Positions 1 to 14,887 of a DNA stretch of 64,000 nt are shown in pieces (the stretch's first letter is position 1; each line of letters begins with the position of its first letter). The position numbers and the translations under genes were made by a program. The notes under the pieces were generated by a model. It saw nothing but the letters and a program-made list of their open reading frames with translations. It was not told the origin of the DNA and searched no databases. Source of the stretch: Candidatus Bipolaricaulota bacterium (lineage in GTDB: Bacteria; Bipolaricaulota; Bipolaricaulia; RBG-16-55-9; DRXL01); contig JAUQPG010000004.1 of assembly GCA_030550495.1 (NCBI GenBank), positions 2,476 to 66,475 of the forward strand, in the 5' to 3' direction.

Positions 1-720
1 TCTCAGCGCCAGCAGAGCTTGGGCTTGACCACCCAAGGCGCGCACGGTGATGGGGTACTCACCGGCTTGGGCTTGCTTGGGCGGGCGCACTTCGATGTCT
101 AAGCTTTTCGACTCGCCGGCTTTGATGGGAAAGCTTGTCACTTCTTCGCTGCCAAAGCGCAGCTTGAACGTCACTTGGAAGCCCTCCGGGGCGTCAGCTT
201 CTAAATTGACCGTTGTCTCTTGCTCGCCCTTGTTGGTGAGCGTTGCCGAGTAGCGAAAAGTCGTGGAAGGGGAGCCGCGGCGCGTGGGCAGTTCCGTCTC
301 GAATTGCAGTTGGGGCGGCAGTTGTGCTTCGACTGTCAATTCTATGGGGAGCTCGCTCTGCACCCCCTGACCTACAGCGCGCACGACGAAGCGATACGTG
401 CCCGCTTGCGCACCCGAAGGGGGCTCCAGCTTGAGATTGAGCGAAACGGAGTCGTCTGTATCGACATAGACGGCTTGGACGGGGCGGCCTCCGCCGGTGA
501 GCGTAGCCCTCCAGCCCTCAGCGATCTCTTTCATGCTGACGCGCACGATCTGCGGTGCCAACCCACGATTAGAAAGCGTCAGCGAGATATTCACCGCCTC
601 GCCGACTTGGACGGACTGGGCTGGATACGGGGTAGATAGCGTCAGCCCTCGGGGTCTTTGCGCCAGCGCTGGAAAGACTGTCAAGAGAATCATTAGAATT
701 ATACTGATAGATCGCTTCAT
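1..720 (-). CDS. Secreted protein with signal peptide, partial (C-terminus beyond window start). Repeated beta-rich domains, NEW3/CARDB-like.
   Basis: Minus-strand frame runs open from position 1 to an ATG at 718-720. N-terminus is MKRSISIILMILLTVFPALAQ, a signal peptide. GGAGG-type RBS (revcomp of 724-735) sits upstream. The plus-strand ORFs 220-639 and 243-434 are antisense to it. Confidence 0.6.
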   Translation of the reverse strand, partial: MKRSISIILMILLTVFPALAQRPRGLTLSTPYPAQSVQVGEAVNISLTLSNRGLAPQIVRVSMKEIAEGWRATLTGGGRPVQAVYVDTDDSVSLNLKLEPPSGAQAGTYRFVVRAVGQGVQSELPIELTVEAQLPPQLQFETELPTRRGSPSTTFRYSATLTNKGEQETTVNLEADAPEGFQVTFKLRFGSEEVTSFPIKAGESKSLDIEVRPPKQAQAGEYPITVRALGGQAQALLALR

Positions 721-834
721 CTATCTCCCTCCTCGCTGAGCTTTTGCTTATTATATCAAACGACTGGGCAGGGATTGCAAGGGAGAGTAAGATGTGGCAA
801 ACTTAACAAAGAACTTTTGAGAGATGGGGAATCC

Positions 835-1054
835 ATGAGCGTGGTCAAGCGACAAGCCAAAGCTCGTCATAGACGAGCTTCCCGATGAAGTTGTGCAGAG
901 CTTATTAGATTTCATGCAGAAGTTGTAGGAGTGGGAGGCCATCCGCGAGATCGTCGAGGATGAAGAGTTCTCCGCGGAGATAGAACAAGGATTGCGAGAC
1001 GTCAAGGCAGGTCGTACTGTCGAATGGCGCAAGATCAAGCGCACAGATGTATAA
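835..1054 (+). pseudogene. Decayed antitoxin-like gene (DUF2281/RelB-like remnant) with a frameshift and an in-frame TAG
   Basis: Two adjoining frames read ...KPKLVIDELPDEVVQSLLDFMQKL*EWEAIREIVEDEEFSAEIEQGLRDVKAGRTVEWRKIKRTDV. Its stop overlaps the ATG of the downstream toxin remnant (gATGTATAA). Confidence 0.4.
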
Positions 1055-1315
1055 AGTCAAGCTTTCGGACACAGCTAGAAAACATATGATCGCGTCACTC
1101 AAAAGATTGCTGAACAGCTTGATCGTAGTTTCAGAATCTTGGAAGAAAACCCGTTTGACTTCAGCAAGCATGATATTAAGAAGCTTCATGGACGTTTGGA
1201 GGGATTACCCCGTCTTCGTCAAGGGAAATTGCGCATTGTCTACCGTGTGCATACTGAACACAAGATTGTAGAAATCATAGCAATCAAGACGCAGGAGCAC
1301 GCTTATCGTTTATAA
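1047..1315 (+). pseudogene. Frameshifted RelE/ParE-family toxin
   Basis: MYKVKLSDTARKH in frame 1. After a frame change near 1087-1092 it continues ...[76 protein letters not shown], a typical RelE/ParE C-terminus. No single intact ORF. Confidence 0.5.
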
Positions 1316-1323
1316 GAGAGATT

Positions 1324-4185
<2,862 letters not shown>

Positions 4186-4198
4186 CAGGTCGCGAGCC

Positions 4199-4245
4199 GT
4201 TGGGCACCTTGTAGAGTCGTGGGGTATAATGAGCGCAGACGGAGG
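4199..4245 (+). promoter_or_regulatory. Putative sigma70-type promoter plus RBS for hicBA
   Basis: TATAAT at 4225-4230, TTGGGC 19 nt upstream, GGAGG at 4241-4245 and ATG at 4257. Confidence 0.35.
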
Positions 4246-4256
4246 AAGGTGACACA

Positions 4257-4463
4257 ATGAAGTTAACTATTGAAGTCGAACAAGAGGAAGATGGGCGCTG
4301 GATTGCAGAAGTGCCTCACCTTCCTGGAGTGCTTGCGTATGGCCAAACCCGTGAAGAAGCCATCGCGCGTGTTCAGGCTTTGTCTCTAAGAGTGCTGGCC
4401 GATCGTCTGGAACATGGAGAAACTGTTCCAGAGATGTTCGACGTCTTCTCGGTAGCTGCATGA
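4257..4463 (+). CDS. hicB: HicB-like antitoxin (short UPF0150/HicB N-domain type)
   Basis: 68 aa: MKLTIEVEQEEDGRWIAEVPHLPGVLAYGQTREEAIARVQALSLRVL. Its stop overlaps the hicA start (ATGA). Confidence 0.7.
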   Translation: MKLTIEVEQEEDGRWIAEVPHLPGVLAYGQTREEAIARVQALSLRVLADRLEHGETVPEMFDVFSVAA

Positions 4464-4675
4464 GCCAATGGCCGACTACAAAGGCAAGAAACGTATTGGC
4501 AGCACTGCTGCGTATCGGATGGAGCATCAAGCGTCATAGAAGTGGTTCACACAGAGTTCTCTCTCGTCCTAATTGGCCCGATTATGTGTTTGCATTTCGA
4601 GATGACGAGGAAATTGGCCCTTGTATGCTGGCACGGATCGCAAAGCATACAGGGCTCAGGCCAGAAGATTTATGA
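4460..4675 (+). CDS. hicA: HicA mRNA-interferase toxin
   Basis: 71 aa: ...KARNVLAALLRIGWSIKRHRSGSHRVL..., the YcfA/HicA fold signature. Confidence 0.8.
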   Translation: MSQWPTTKARNVLAALLRIGWSIKRHRSGSHRVLSRPNWPDYVFAFRDDEEIGPCMLARIAKHTGLRPEDL

Positions 4676-4762
4676 CAATCCTGGACGTGTCTAGCAAACC
4701 ATCGCGACCAACGCTGCTTCCACGCCATGAGCGACCTTAGCAGAATACTGCTTATAGTAGTG

Positions 4763-5638
4763 TCACTTCTCATCCCGCGTCATGAACGCCTTGACCAAGT
4801 CTACTGGGAGCGGGAAGACGATCGTACTCGTGTTGCGCTCCGACGAGATATCTATCAGTGTCTGCAGATAGCGCAGTTGAAGTGACGCAGGGTTCTGCGT
4901 GAGAATCTCGGCAGCCTCGCGGAGCTTGGCAGCCGCCTGGAGCTCGCCCTCAGCGTTGATGATCTTGCTGCGGCGCTCACGTTCTGCTTCGGCTTGACGC
5001 GCGATCGCGCGCTGCATCTCTTGCGGGATTCTCACGTCCTTGATCTCGACGGCCTTCACCTTGATGCCCCAGGGATCTGTCTGCTCGTCGATGATCATCT
5101 GCAGCTTCTTATTGAGCTTCTCGCGCTCAGCCAAGAGCTCATCAAGCTCGACTTGGCCCAGGACGCTGCGCAGCGTTGTCTGCGCGATCTGCGACGTCGC
5201 CTGCAGATAATCTTCGACCTGGGTGATCGCCGCTTCCGGCGACATGACCCTAAAGAAGACAATCGCGTTGACGCTCACCGTGACATTGTCCTTGGTGACG
5301 ACCTCTTGGGGCGGTACGTCGAACGTCACCACACGCAAGTCCACTCTAACGATCTGATCAACGATAGGGATGATGAAGAAGAGCCCCGGGCCTTTGGCCC
5401 CCTGCAGACGTCCTAAACGAAAGACCACGACGCGCTCGTATTCGCGAACGATCTTGATGGCGTTGAGCAAAAAGAGCACGATGATGGCTAGCACGATGAT
5501 GAGCGCAGTTGTCGGCATAGCGAGACCTCCTATGAGATTCAGCAGCGTATCCCACCCCAGTATAGAGACAAAGAGAACAACTAAAAACCCCAAGGTTCCT
5601 AGAACTTCGGTCCACCCTTGACTCGGTCGTTGTCTCAT
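4763..5638 (-). CDS. SPFH/band-7 (stomatin/slipin-like) membrane protein
   Basis: N-terminal TM helices, then an SPFH domain ([10 protein letters not shown]...[13 protein letters not shown]...) and a coiled-coil tail. Start set at ATG 5638 (MRQRPSQGW). The ORF-track start at 5752 is an upstream extension. Confidence 0.8.
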   Translation of the reverse strand: MRQRPSQGWTEVLGTLGFLVVLFVSILGWDTLLNLIGGLAMPTTALIIVLAIIVLFLLNAIKIVREYERVVVFRLGRLQGAKGPGLFFIIPIVDQIVRVDLRVVTFDVPPQEVVTKDNVTVSVNAIVFFRVMSPEAAITQVEDYLQATSQIAQTTLRSVLGQVELDELLAEREKLNKKLQMIIDEQTDPWGIKVKAVEIKDVRIPQEMQRAIARQAEAERERRSKIINAEGELQAAAKLREAAEILTQNPASLQLRYLQTLIDISSERNTSTIVFPLPVDLVKAFMTRDEK

Positions 5639-5678
5639 TAATGTAATCTTAGCAACGCTGATGGCTGAAAGCAAATTC

Positions 5679-5687
5679 TGATATAAT
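5679..5687 (+). promoter_or_regulatory. Extended -10 (TGaTATAAT) 8 nt upstream of the tpiA ATG, suggesting a leaderless or near-leaderless transcript
   Basis: tgaTATAAT at 5679-5687 and ATG at 5696. The intergenic region is shared with the divergent SPFH gene. Confidence 0.3.
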
Positions 5688-5695
5688 AGCGTGTT

Positions 5696-6502
5696 ATGGC
5701 GAGACAAAAATTGCTCGTCGCCAACTGGAAGATGCACTTCGTGCGCGCCCAAGCTTCAGAGTATCTGAAAGTCTTCACGGAGCGCGTTCGGGGGGTGCAC
5801 AAGACGGAGCTCGTGCTGGCGCCGCCGTTCACGCTCTTAGAAACAGTTGGGCGTGCGCTTGAGGGCACTGCGATCAGATTAGCAGCTCAAGATCTCTTCT
5901 ATGAGCGCGAGGGGGCATTCACAGGGGAGATCTCGCCCATAATGCTGAAAGACTTGGGCTGCTCGTATGTAATCGTGGGGCACTCGGAACGCCGACGGCT
6001 CCTTGGCGAAACAGACGAGCTTATCAATAAAAAGCTTAAAGCCGCGCGCGATGCTGGGCTCGTCCCGATTCTCTGCGTCGGCGAGACGCTCGAAGAGCGT
6101 CGCGCGGGCAAGACCCAAAGGGTGCTCGAAGCGCAGGTTCGCGGGGCGCTTGCAGGGGTCCACCCTCACCCCCAGCCCCTCTCCCCTTCGAGGGAGAGGG
6201 GGGCAGGGGTGAGGGGGCCACATCTTGTGATTGCGTATGAACCGGTGTGGGCCATCGGGACTGGGATCAACGCTGAGCCCGAAGAAGCCGAAGCGAGCGC
6301 ACTGTTTATTCGTGAGCTTTTAGCTCAGCTCTGGAATGCAGAGACTGCGACAACGGTTCGGATTCTCTACGGGGGCAGCGTCAAGCCCGCAAATTTCGAG
6401 GGCTTTTTACGCCACCCCAATATAGACGGGGCACTGGTCGGCGGGGCATCCCTCGACCCAGAAGCGTTCGCGCAGCTGGCCCAGATGGCCGAGAGGGTTT
6501 GA
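5696..6502 (+). CDS. tpiA: Triosephosphate isomerase, with an in-frame palindromic insertion
   Basis: Contains [27 protein letters not shown] and GGASL. At 268 aa it carries about 15 extra residues ([20 protein letters not shown]) relative to typical ~250-aa TpiA. Confidence 0.95.
   Translation: MARQKLLVANWKMHFVRAQASEYLKVFTERVRGVHKTELVLAPPFTLLETVGRALEGTAIRLAAQDLFYEREGAFTGEISPIMLKDLGCSYVIVGHSERRRLLGETDELINKKLKAARDAGLVPILCVGETLEERRAGKTQRVLEAQVRGALAGVHPHPQPLSPSRERGAGVRGPHLVIAYEPVWAIGTGINAEPEEAEASALFIRELLAQLWNAETATTVRILYGGSVKPANFEGFLRHPNIDGALVGGASLDPEAFAQLAQMAERV
6163..6215. repeat. GC-rich imperfect palindrome (two perfect 10-bp stems) in frame inside tpiA
   Basis: ccctcacccc..cccctctccc / gggagagggg..ggggtgaggg around a central ttcga. 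It encodes a loop insertion rather than interrupting the ORF. Confidence 0.7.
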
Positions 6503-6527
6503 CAGCTGCCCCAGTGTCTGCTATACT
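6499..6527 (+). promoter_or_regulatory. Sigma70-type promoter for rpsF-ssb-rpsR
   Basis: TTGACA (6499-6504), 17-nt spacer, TATACT (6522-6527). The -35 overlaps the tpiA stop. AAAGAGG RBS precedes the GTG start at 6551. Confidence 0.5.
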
Positions 6528-6550
6528 CAAAAACCCAAAGAGGTCATCAC

Positions 6551-6859
6551 GTGGAGGATCGTGTGGCAGCGACGCGTTCATACGAAGTGTTATATATCGT
6601 GCGACCGGATTTAGACAAGGCCCAGATCGAGCAGACGATCACGAAGTTTCAGAAGGCCGTCAACGAGAGCGGTGGCCAATTCGTCAAGCTTGACGAGTGG
6701 GGCACACGCTTGCTCGCGTATCAAATCAAGAAGTTCGATAAGGGCTATTACGTCTTGATGGAATTCACGGCGACCCCGGACCAGCTCAGAGAGATCGACG
6801 AGCGTTTTAAGCTCGACGAGAATATATTGCGGTATCAGATCGTGCGCCAAGATGCCTAG
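6551..6859 (+). CDS. rpsF: 30S ribosomal protein S6
   Basis: RSYEVLYIVRPDLD...GYYVLMEF, an S6 signature. GTG start with RBS. Confidence 0.9.
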   Translation: MEDRVAATRSYEVLYIVRPDLDKAQIEQTITKFQKAVNESGGQFVKLDEWGTRLLAYQIKKFDKGYYVLMEFTATPDQLREIDERFKLDENILRYQIVRQDA

Positions 6860-7250
6860 CCTGAATCATGTCGTCTTAATTGGTAATCTCACGGACGATC
6901 CCGAACTGCGCTATACCCAGAACGGGATGGCCCGCGCACGGTTCTCTATCGCCGTGAACCGGCGCTGGCGCGATCGCGACGGCAACCTCCAAGAAGAGAC
7001 GACGTTTGTGCCCATCGTGGTCTGGGGACAGCAAGCAGAGAACTGCGTGAACTTCTTGAGCAAGGGCAGCACAGTCGCTGTCGAAGGGCGCTTGCGCATC
7101 GATACGTACCAAACCGAGGAAGGGGAGCGGCGCAAGGTCGCCGAGGTCGTCGCCCGCACTGTGCAGTTCCTTGATCGCCGTGAGGCTGCCCTAGAACCAG
7201 AAGCTAAAGAGATTCCCCCAGAAGAAGGAGAGGAAGAAGTCCCATTCTAA
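6852..7250 (+). CDS. ssb: Single-stranded DNA-binding protein
   Basis: LNHVVLIGNLTDDPELRYT OB fold and an acidic C-terminal tail ending EEVPF. Confidence 0.92.
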   Translation: MPSLNHVVLIGNLTDDPELRYTQNGMARARFSIAVNRRWRDRDGNLQEETTFVPIVVWGQQAENCVNFLSKGSTVAVEGRLRIDTYQTEEGERRKVAEVVARTVQFLDRREAALEPEAKEIPPEEGEEEVPF

Positions 7251-7256
7251 ACTGCT

Positions 7257-7514
7257 ATGAATAAGATGCCTACAACACCAAGGAAAGAGGCACCGCGAGG
7301 GAGGGCAAAGAGCCGCACCGAGTGTAAGGTCTGTGAGCACGATCTCATGCTGACGTATAAGCAGCCAGACGAACTCAAACGCTATATGAATAAGCTCGGG
7401 AAGATATTGCCCCGCCGCGCTTCGCGCTTGTGCGCTAAGCACCAGCGGCAGTTATCCCGTGAAGTCAAGCGCGCTCGCAAGATGGCCCTCCTCCCCTACG
7501 AAGTCGAGCCTTGA
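7257..7514 (+). CDS. rpsR: 30S ribosomal protein S18
   Basis: 85 aa: ...CKVCEHDLMLTYKQPDELKRYMNKLGKILPRRASRLCAKHQRQLSREVKRARKMALLPY. Confidence 0.92.
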   Translation: MNKMPTTPRKEAPRGRAKSRTECKVCEHDLMLTYKQPDELKRYMNKLGKILPRRASRLCAKHQRQLSREVKRARKMALLPYEVEP

Positions 7515-7556
7515 CGTGGGCTTGCCGGCTCGGTTTAATTAGTTCGGTGGTCGACG

Positions 7557-10130
<2,574 letters not shown>

Positions 10131-10134
<4 letters not shown>

Positions 10135-13100
10135 GCCCGTTTGTGCATTTGCACACGCACTCTGAGTACAGCTTGCTCGACGCGATGTGTCGCACTGAGC
10201 AATTAGTGCAGAAGTGCGTGGAGCAGAAGATGCCCGCCCTGGCGCTCACTGATCATGGCAATCTCTGCGGGGCTATAGAGTTTTACAAGCACGCTATAGA
10301 ACACGGGATCAAACCTATCATTGGGTGCGAGCTCTACGTTGCGCCCAAGAGCCGTCACACGAAGTCTAAAGAAGACGGGGCAAAGTACTTTCACTTAACC
10401 GTGCTGGCTCGCAACGAGACGGGCTATCGCAATTTAGTGAAGCTGACGAGCTTGGGGTATCTAGAGGGCTTTTATTATAAGCCGCGCGTAGACAAAGAGT
10501 TACTCCAGCGCTATAGTCAAGGGCTGATTATTCTCTCAGGATGTCGCAGCAGCGAGATCTGTCGCTTATTAGGGCAGAATAAATTCGAGAGCGCTCTTGC
10601 AGTAGCTCAAGAACTTCGCGCTATCGTTGGCCCGGAGAATTTCTACATGGAACTGCAAAATCATGGTCTCCCTGAAGACGAAGCCCGCAACGAGCAGCTC
10701 GTGGAGATCGCACGGCGTCTGAATGCTCCCATTGTCGCAACCAACGATGTGCACTATCTTTCTCGCGAGGACCGCGAAGCCCACGAGGTCTTACTGAATA
10801 TTCAGGGCGAGAAGACCCTCGCCGACGAAGATCGCCGCTCTTACGAGGGCGAAGAGTATTACTTCAAGAGCTATGACGAACTCGCCCCGCTCTTCGAGCG
10901 TTGGCCTGAAGCACTCGAGAATACTGTGCGCATAGCCGAGCAGTGTGATCTGAAATTAGACTTTTCTAAAGCCCATCTCCCAACGTTTGCCTTGCCCTCT
11001 GGGTATCAAGACGCCAACGAGTACCTGCGAGCGCTTGCCTATGAGGGGGCCCAAGCTCGCTTCGGCAGGCTCTCCTCAGAGATCAAAGACCGTCTCGAAT
11101 ATGAGCTCTCCGTGATCGCCCAGATGGGATACTCTGGGTACTTTTTGATCGTATGGGACTTCGTGCGGTTCGCGAAGAGTCAAAATATTCCCGTAGGGCC
11201 GGGGCGCGGCTCGGCCGCCGGCAGCTTAGTGTGTTACTGTCTGGGCATCACTGATGTAGATCCCCTCAAGTATGGGCTGATCTTCGAACGCTTTTTGAAC
11301 CCATCGCGTGTCAGCCTCCCTGATATCGATATAGACTTTTGCATGCGCCGCCGCGATGAGGTCATTCGCTACGTTGAGGAGAAGTACGGGCGCGAGCGCG
11401 TCGCTCAGATCGCGACTTTTGACAAGATGAAAGCGCGCAGCGTCGTCCGCGACGTCGCGCGCGTGCTCGGCTTCTCTTACGGCGATGCCGACAAGATCGC
11501 CAAGCTCATCCCCGTTGGGGCGACGCTCGATGCCGCGCTCGAGGGCGTGAGCGAGCTGCGTCGCCGGTACGAGACCGATCCGCACGTGCGCAAGCTCATC
11601 GACGTGGCGCGCAAGCTTGAGGGACTTGCGCGCAATGCTGCCACGCACGCCGCTGGGGTCGTCATCACCCCCGGCGATGTGACTGACTTTGCCCCGCTAT
11701 TGCGCCTGAGCGACGGCTCTGTGCGCACCCAGTACAATATGAAAGATCTCGAGGCCATCGGGCTGCTCAAGATCGATTTTCTCGGGCTGCGCAACTTAAC
11801 TGCTATTGACGATACCCTCAAAGCGATCAAGAAGCTCACCGGCGAAGAGCTCGAGCTGCAGAAGATCCCCTTAGACGACCCCGACGTCTATGCGATGTTA
11901 CAGCAAGGGCGCACGACCGGGGTCTTCCAGCTCGAAGGATCAGGGATTACAGCGTTACTGACAAAGTTAAAGCCCACGGAATTTCGCGATCTTATCGCGA
12001 TCTTGGCGCTCTATCGCCCTGGGCCCTTAGAGAGCGGCATGGCCAACGACTATATCGAGCGCAAGCACGGGCACCAGCCCGTGACCTACCCCCACCCTGA
12101 TCTGGAAGAGGTGCTCAAGGAGACCTATGGGCTGCCCATCTATCAAGATCAGTTATTGTTGATGGCGCGCAGGCTTGCCGGGTTCACTCTTGCCGAAGCT
12201 GATATTCTGCGTGTCGCCGTGGGCAAAAAGAAAAAAGATGTCATGGAGAAGATGCGCACGCGCTTCGTTGAGGGGTGCGTCCAAAACGGTATTGACCGTG
12301 CCAAGGCTGAGGAACTCTTTGCTGATATCGAGAAATTTGCGCGCTATGGCTTTGTCAAAGCGCACTCGACGGCCTATGCGCTCATCTCATATTGGACGGC
12401 GTATCTCAAGGCAAAATACCCTGTGCCCTATATGGCGGCGTTGCTGACGAGCGTCGCTGGCAACACTGAAAAGATCGCTGAATATATCCAAGAGTGTCGT
12501 GAGCTGGGCATCACAGTATTGCCTCCGGATATCAACGAGAGCGATGCGGACTTCACACCCTTGCCTAACAATCACATTCGCTTTGGGCTGGGGGCAATCA
12601 AGAACGTTGGGAGCACAACTGTACAAGCTATTTTAGCGGCGCGGCAGCGGGGCGGGCCGTTCCAAAATTTCGCGGATTTCTGTCGTCGCGTCGCCAGCGA
12701 TGCCCTCAATCGTGAAGTCCTAGAGAGTTTAATTAAATGTGGGGCGTTCGATCGCTTTGGCACGCGCAAGGGATTGCTCTCTCAGGTCGAAGCGGGCCTA
12801 GCTCTTGCTGCTCACGCGCACCAAGAGCGCAAGAGCGGCCAGAAGTCGTTCTTTGATCCCACAGCGCCCTTGCTGAAATCCCCTGATGGTCATGATGAGT
12901 TTGCCCCAGCTGAGCTCTTGCGCTTTGAAAAAGAGCTCTTGGGCCTCTACGTGAGCGGGCATCCCCTCGATCCCATAGAAGAGCGGCTCGCCCTCCTGCG
13001 CACCTGCACTATTCAGCAGCTTAAAGGCCAGCCGGAAGGCAAGGAGATCTCCCTTGGGGGGCGCATTGACTCCGTGCGCGTGATCACGACAAGTAGTGGC

Positions 13101-13556
13101 AAGCGCATGGCCTTTGTGCGCTTGGAGGATCTCTCTGGGCAGGTCGAAGTCACGCTCTTCTCCGACGTCTATGAGCAAGCCAAGCGACTCCTGAAAGAAG
13201 ATCAGCTCGTATGGGTGCGTGGCCGCACGGAAAGACGAGCAGAGCGCTCCAACGGCGTACAACTCATCGCGGAAGAGCTTCTGGCTCTGGAGGAGGCCGA
13301 GTGCTCTGTGCAGCTCCATCTCACTGTTGATCCTGAGGAAGTCACGGAGCCGTTTGTGCAGAGGCTGAAGGAGATCTTTGAGACCTCGCCAGGGGCTTCA
13401 TCGGTCTACGTGCGCCTGAGGGGGGATGACCCCGTCATGGTGCACCTAGGGGTGAAGGTCGGGGTGACGAGAGCTCTGCTGAAGCAGCTCGAAGCGCTCC
13501 TGGGCGATCCCACAAAGATTCAGCGCATCACGCGCAAGGGAGGCCGATGGCTATAA
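10131..13556 (+). CDS. dnaE: DNA polymerase III alpha subunit
   Basis: 1141 aa with a PHP domain (HLHTHSEYSLLD) and polymerase core motifs. Confidence 0.97.
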
Positions 13557-14887
13557 TCAAGATGATAAGCCGTCTAGTGCCCTGGCTCCATCCGGGGATC
13601 GGAGTGAAGCGCTGGGTTGCGCTTGTGCTCTTCTCGTTGGCGCTCTTTATCTTGGGGCTTTTTGTATTGGTAGGGCAGGACCTTGTGCGCGCCGTGTATA
13701 ACGTTGTAGCACCGTCAGCGCTCTCTACTGTGCTGCTAGGGGTGAGTCTCGTCGGCCTCGGCATAGGGGGTGTTTTTCTAGGAGTGCATCGGGTGAGTCG
13801 CTCAATAGTGCGAGCGATTGCCGCACCTGCCGAAGGGCGCGTCGGCGAGATGCTCTTCGAGAAGAGACTGTTGAGTCAAGGGCCACGGATTGTCGCTATC
13901 GGCGGGGGAACGGGGTTATCTTCGCTCTTGCGCGGGCTAAAACAGCTTACGACAAACATCACCGCTGTGGTTACGGTGATGGACAGTGGGGGCAGCTCGG
14001 GGAAGCTCCGTCAAGAGCTGAACATCTTACCCCCTGGAGATATTAGAAACTGTCTTATCGCTCTGGCTGAAGATGAGTCGCGGATCTCGCAGCTGTTCAA
14101 TCATCGTTTTCAAGAGGGGGCTCTTCAGGGACACTCATTGGGGAATCTAGTTATCGCAGGGCTAAAAGAGATGACAGGGAGCTTCGATAAAGCTATCGAG
14201 GAGATGAGTACGTTGCTCAACACGCGCGGCCAGGTCCTGCCTGCCACGCTGGTCGATGCCCAGCTTATGGCAGAGCTCTGGGATGGGCGGATCGTTCGAG
14301 GGGAGAGTGAGATTCCCAAAGCAGGCGGGCAAATTCGCAAAATATGGCTCTCGCCAGAGAACGTGTCGGCATACCCCAAGGCCTTGGATGAGATCCGTCG
14401 CGCTGATCTTATTATCTTAGGACCGGGAAGCTTATTCACAAGCATCATCCCCAACTTGCTTGTCTTAGGGGTCCGTGAAGCTATTGAGCGCTCCTCAGCA
14501 AAGAAGTTCTATATTATGAATCTCATGACTCAGCCTGGCGAGACCGATAATTTTACAGCATACGATCACCTGAAGGCTCTCAGTGACTATCTCGATATTC
14601 GCACTCTCGATGTCGTAGTGCTCAACAAGCAGCCAGTGCCCCAAGAGCTCCTCGCTCAATACGCGCAGGAGGGCGCTGTTCCCGTGGTTGACGACCTTAG
14701 TGAGCCCAACGAATGGGGCATTCAGATTGTGCGTGCGGATCTGTTAGATATTGTGACTCTGCCGCGCTGGCCTTCGGTCACACAAGCCCTGACAGTCAAG
14801 CATAGCCCTAAGGAACTGGCTCGAGTGATCGCCGCGAGTGCCCCGGAGGTCTTTAAGAAGGTCTTGTGGAGAGGAGGAGAGCTATGA
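13547..14887 (+). CDS. YvcK/CofD-family (gluconeogenesis factor-like) protein with an N-terminal membrane extension
   Basis: IVAIGGGTGLSSLLRGLK...VMDSGGSSGKLR...ILGPGSLFTSI, preceded by roughly 100 aa carrying 2-3 TM helices. Confidence 0.85.
   Translation: MAIIKMISRLVPWLHPGIGVKRWVALVLFSLALFILGLFVLVGQDLVRAVYNVVAPSALSTVLLGVSLVGLGIGGVFLGVHRVSRSIVRAIAAPAEGRVGEMLFEKRLLSQGPRIVAIGGGTGLSSLLRGLKQLTTNITAVVTVMDSGGSSGKLRQELNILPPGDIRNCLIALAEDESRISQLFNHRFQEGALQGHSLGNLVIAGLKEMTGSFDKAIEEMSTLLNTRGQVLPATLVDAQLMAELWDGRIVRGESEIPKAGGQIRKIWLSPENVSAYPKALDEIRRADLIILGPGSLFTSIIPNLLVLGVREAIERSSAKKFYIMNLMTQPGETDNFTAYDHLKALSDYLDIRTLDVVVLNKQPVPQELLAQYAQEGAVPVVDDLSEPNEWGIQIVRADLLDIVTLPRWPSVTQALTVKHSPKELARVIAASAPEVFKKVLWRGGEL

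Noticed and set aside
220-639. 139-aa plus-strand ORF, and the 243-434 and 497-739 plus-strand ORFs
   Set aside because: They are antisense to a better-supported minus-strand gene: signal peptide, RBS, and an open frame through the window start. Their composition is typical of a GC-rich antisense frame.
751-1189. Minus-strand ORFs 751-1044 and 905-1189
   Set aside because: They overlap the decayed antitoxin/toxin remnants on the plus strand and have no recognisable features. The plus-strand reading shows clear RelE/ParE and antitoxin similarity.
6163-6215. Palindrome considered as an intrinsic terminator or intergenic REP
   Set aside because: It lies in frame between conserved TpiA motifs, with no T-tract. 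tpiA clearly continues through [11 protein letters not shown].
12798-13319. 173-aa minus-strand ORF
   Set aside because: Antisense within dnaE.
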